From: an uncultured Acidobacteriota bacterium
GTDB taxonomy: Bacteria > Acidobacteriota > Terriglobia > Versatilivoradales > Versatilivoraceae
Direction of reading: 5' to 3'
DNA: 64,000 bases
Assembly (NCBI GenBank): GCA_963803155.1
Contig: CAWDMN010000105.1
Location: 7,601 to 71,600 of the forward strand
A program made the translations under genes and the position numbers. Below, in pieces: positions 63,254-64,000 of this stretch. Every line of letters begins with the position of its first letter. Position 1 is the first letter of the stretch. The notes beneath the pieces are model-generated. The model was given only the letters and a program-made list of their open reading frames with translations, was not told where the DNA came from and did no database searches.

Positions 63254-63354
63254 TTAGTGGCAGCGGTCAGTAGTCAGTAGACAAACTTTAGCCACTGGGA
63301 GGAAGTTACTTCTCCTTTTCAGACCCCTGAATCCTAATCCCTAGCCACTGACAC
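63254..63354. repeat. Degenerate gene-less heptamer hairpin
   Basis: TTAGTGG CAGCGGT CAGTAGT CAGTAGA ... CTGAATC CTAATCC CTAGCCA CTGACAC. Confidence 0.6.
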
Positions 63355-63418
63355 AAAGAAACCGCGGATCACAATAACTGGACTCCTTTACACACGAGCT
63401 AGATCTTCAAGATGGCTG

Positions 63419-63496
63419 GCGAGACTTCGTTTCAGTCTATAGATACTTACCGATTCCCATTCCAAAACTTGACTCAGAGTCGTCGACTTTTGCGGC
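63419..63496 (-). repeat. 78-bp inverted repeat, right copy
   Basis: Reverse complement matches 61202-61279. Confidence 0.85.
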
Positions 63497-63690
63497 TCAA
63501 ACAAACTAACAGGTTTGGAAAGATGAGACGAACTCCTCATCTTGAATGAAGAATGTCGGCCATAATCCTTACACCTTATTCGATTGACACTCTTGTGAGG
63601 ATCGGGTATTTTCATGCTTTACAATTCCCGGAAGGGGATGATTTTAAATCACATCTAGGCCTCTGAGGTCTGGAGAACCATTGCTTCTGC

Positions 63691-64000
63691 TTGGACACCG
63701 CGAAAGTTTCCTCGTCAAAAATAGCCGAAGCCGACGCGATCGCCGGGTGCTTAGCCGGGGACGCTCGGGCTTTTGAAGCGCTCTACAACCTGCACAAGCG
63801 GCGGGTTTATTCTCTATGTCTGCGCATGACGGGAAATGTTTCTGAAGCCGAAGATCTGGCGCAGGAAGCCTTTATGCAGCTATATCGAAAAATCGGGACT
63901 TTCCGCGGCGAATCGGCTTTTTCCACATGGCTGCATCGTCTTACGGTGAATGTCGTGCTGATGCACATTCGGAAGAAAGGAATAGAGGAGGTGCCGCTCG
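63691..64000 (+). CDS. ECF sigma factor (RpoE-like), partial, runs off window
   Basis: Manual translation from TTG 63691: [61 protein letters not shown]...[14 protein letters not shown]. Confidence 0.9.
   Translation, partial: MDTAKVSSSKIAEADAIAGCLAGDARAFEALYNLHKRRVYSLCLRMTGNVSEAEDLAQEAFMQLYRKIGTFRGESAFSTWLHRLTVNVVLMHIRKKGIEEVPL

Overview
64-kb bacterial chromosomal window, probably from an anaerobic Acidobacteriota member (inferred from gene content, not verified). Bases 1-8.7 kb hold a type III-like restriction-modification locus on the minus strand: res, four-helix-bundle gene, DUF4062/HATPase/HTH gene, second four-helix-bundle gene, mod (mod runs off the left edge). Each four-helix-bundle gene is embedded in long, in-register 7-bp repeat arrays arranged as inverted arms. 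Gene-less heptamer hairpins also occur in-frame inside mod, between pheS and pheT, and near 63.3 kb. This is the best candidate for an undescribed system. Bases 8.9-14 kb contain an HUH/Y1 (RAYT-like) transposase with perfect 31-bp terminal inverted repeats, a DUF3857/transglutaminase gene and palindromic elements. These are bracketed by a ~300-bp, mostly synonymously diverged duplication of the 3' end of a GH127 gene. The middle of the window carries transport, hydrolase, ECF sigma/anti-sigma and ferredoxin genes, with many REP/MITE-like hairpins between them. Bases 41.4-54 kb are a housekeeping block (thrS-infC-rpmI-rplT-pheS-pheT-zapB-like-zapA-6S RNA-rny-ymdB-ffh). It is followed by an HtrA protease, a PQQ-repeat protein, sugar oxidoreductases and a partial ECF sigma factor. 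All calls come from reading the sequence and motifs by eye; no database searches were run.
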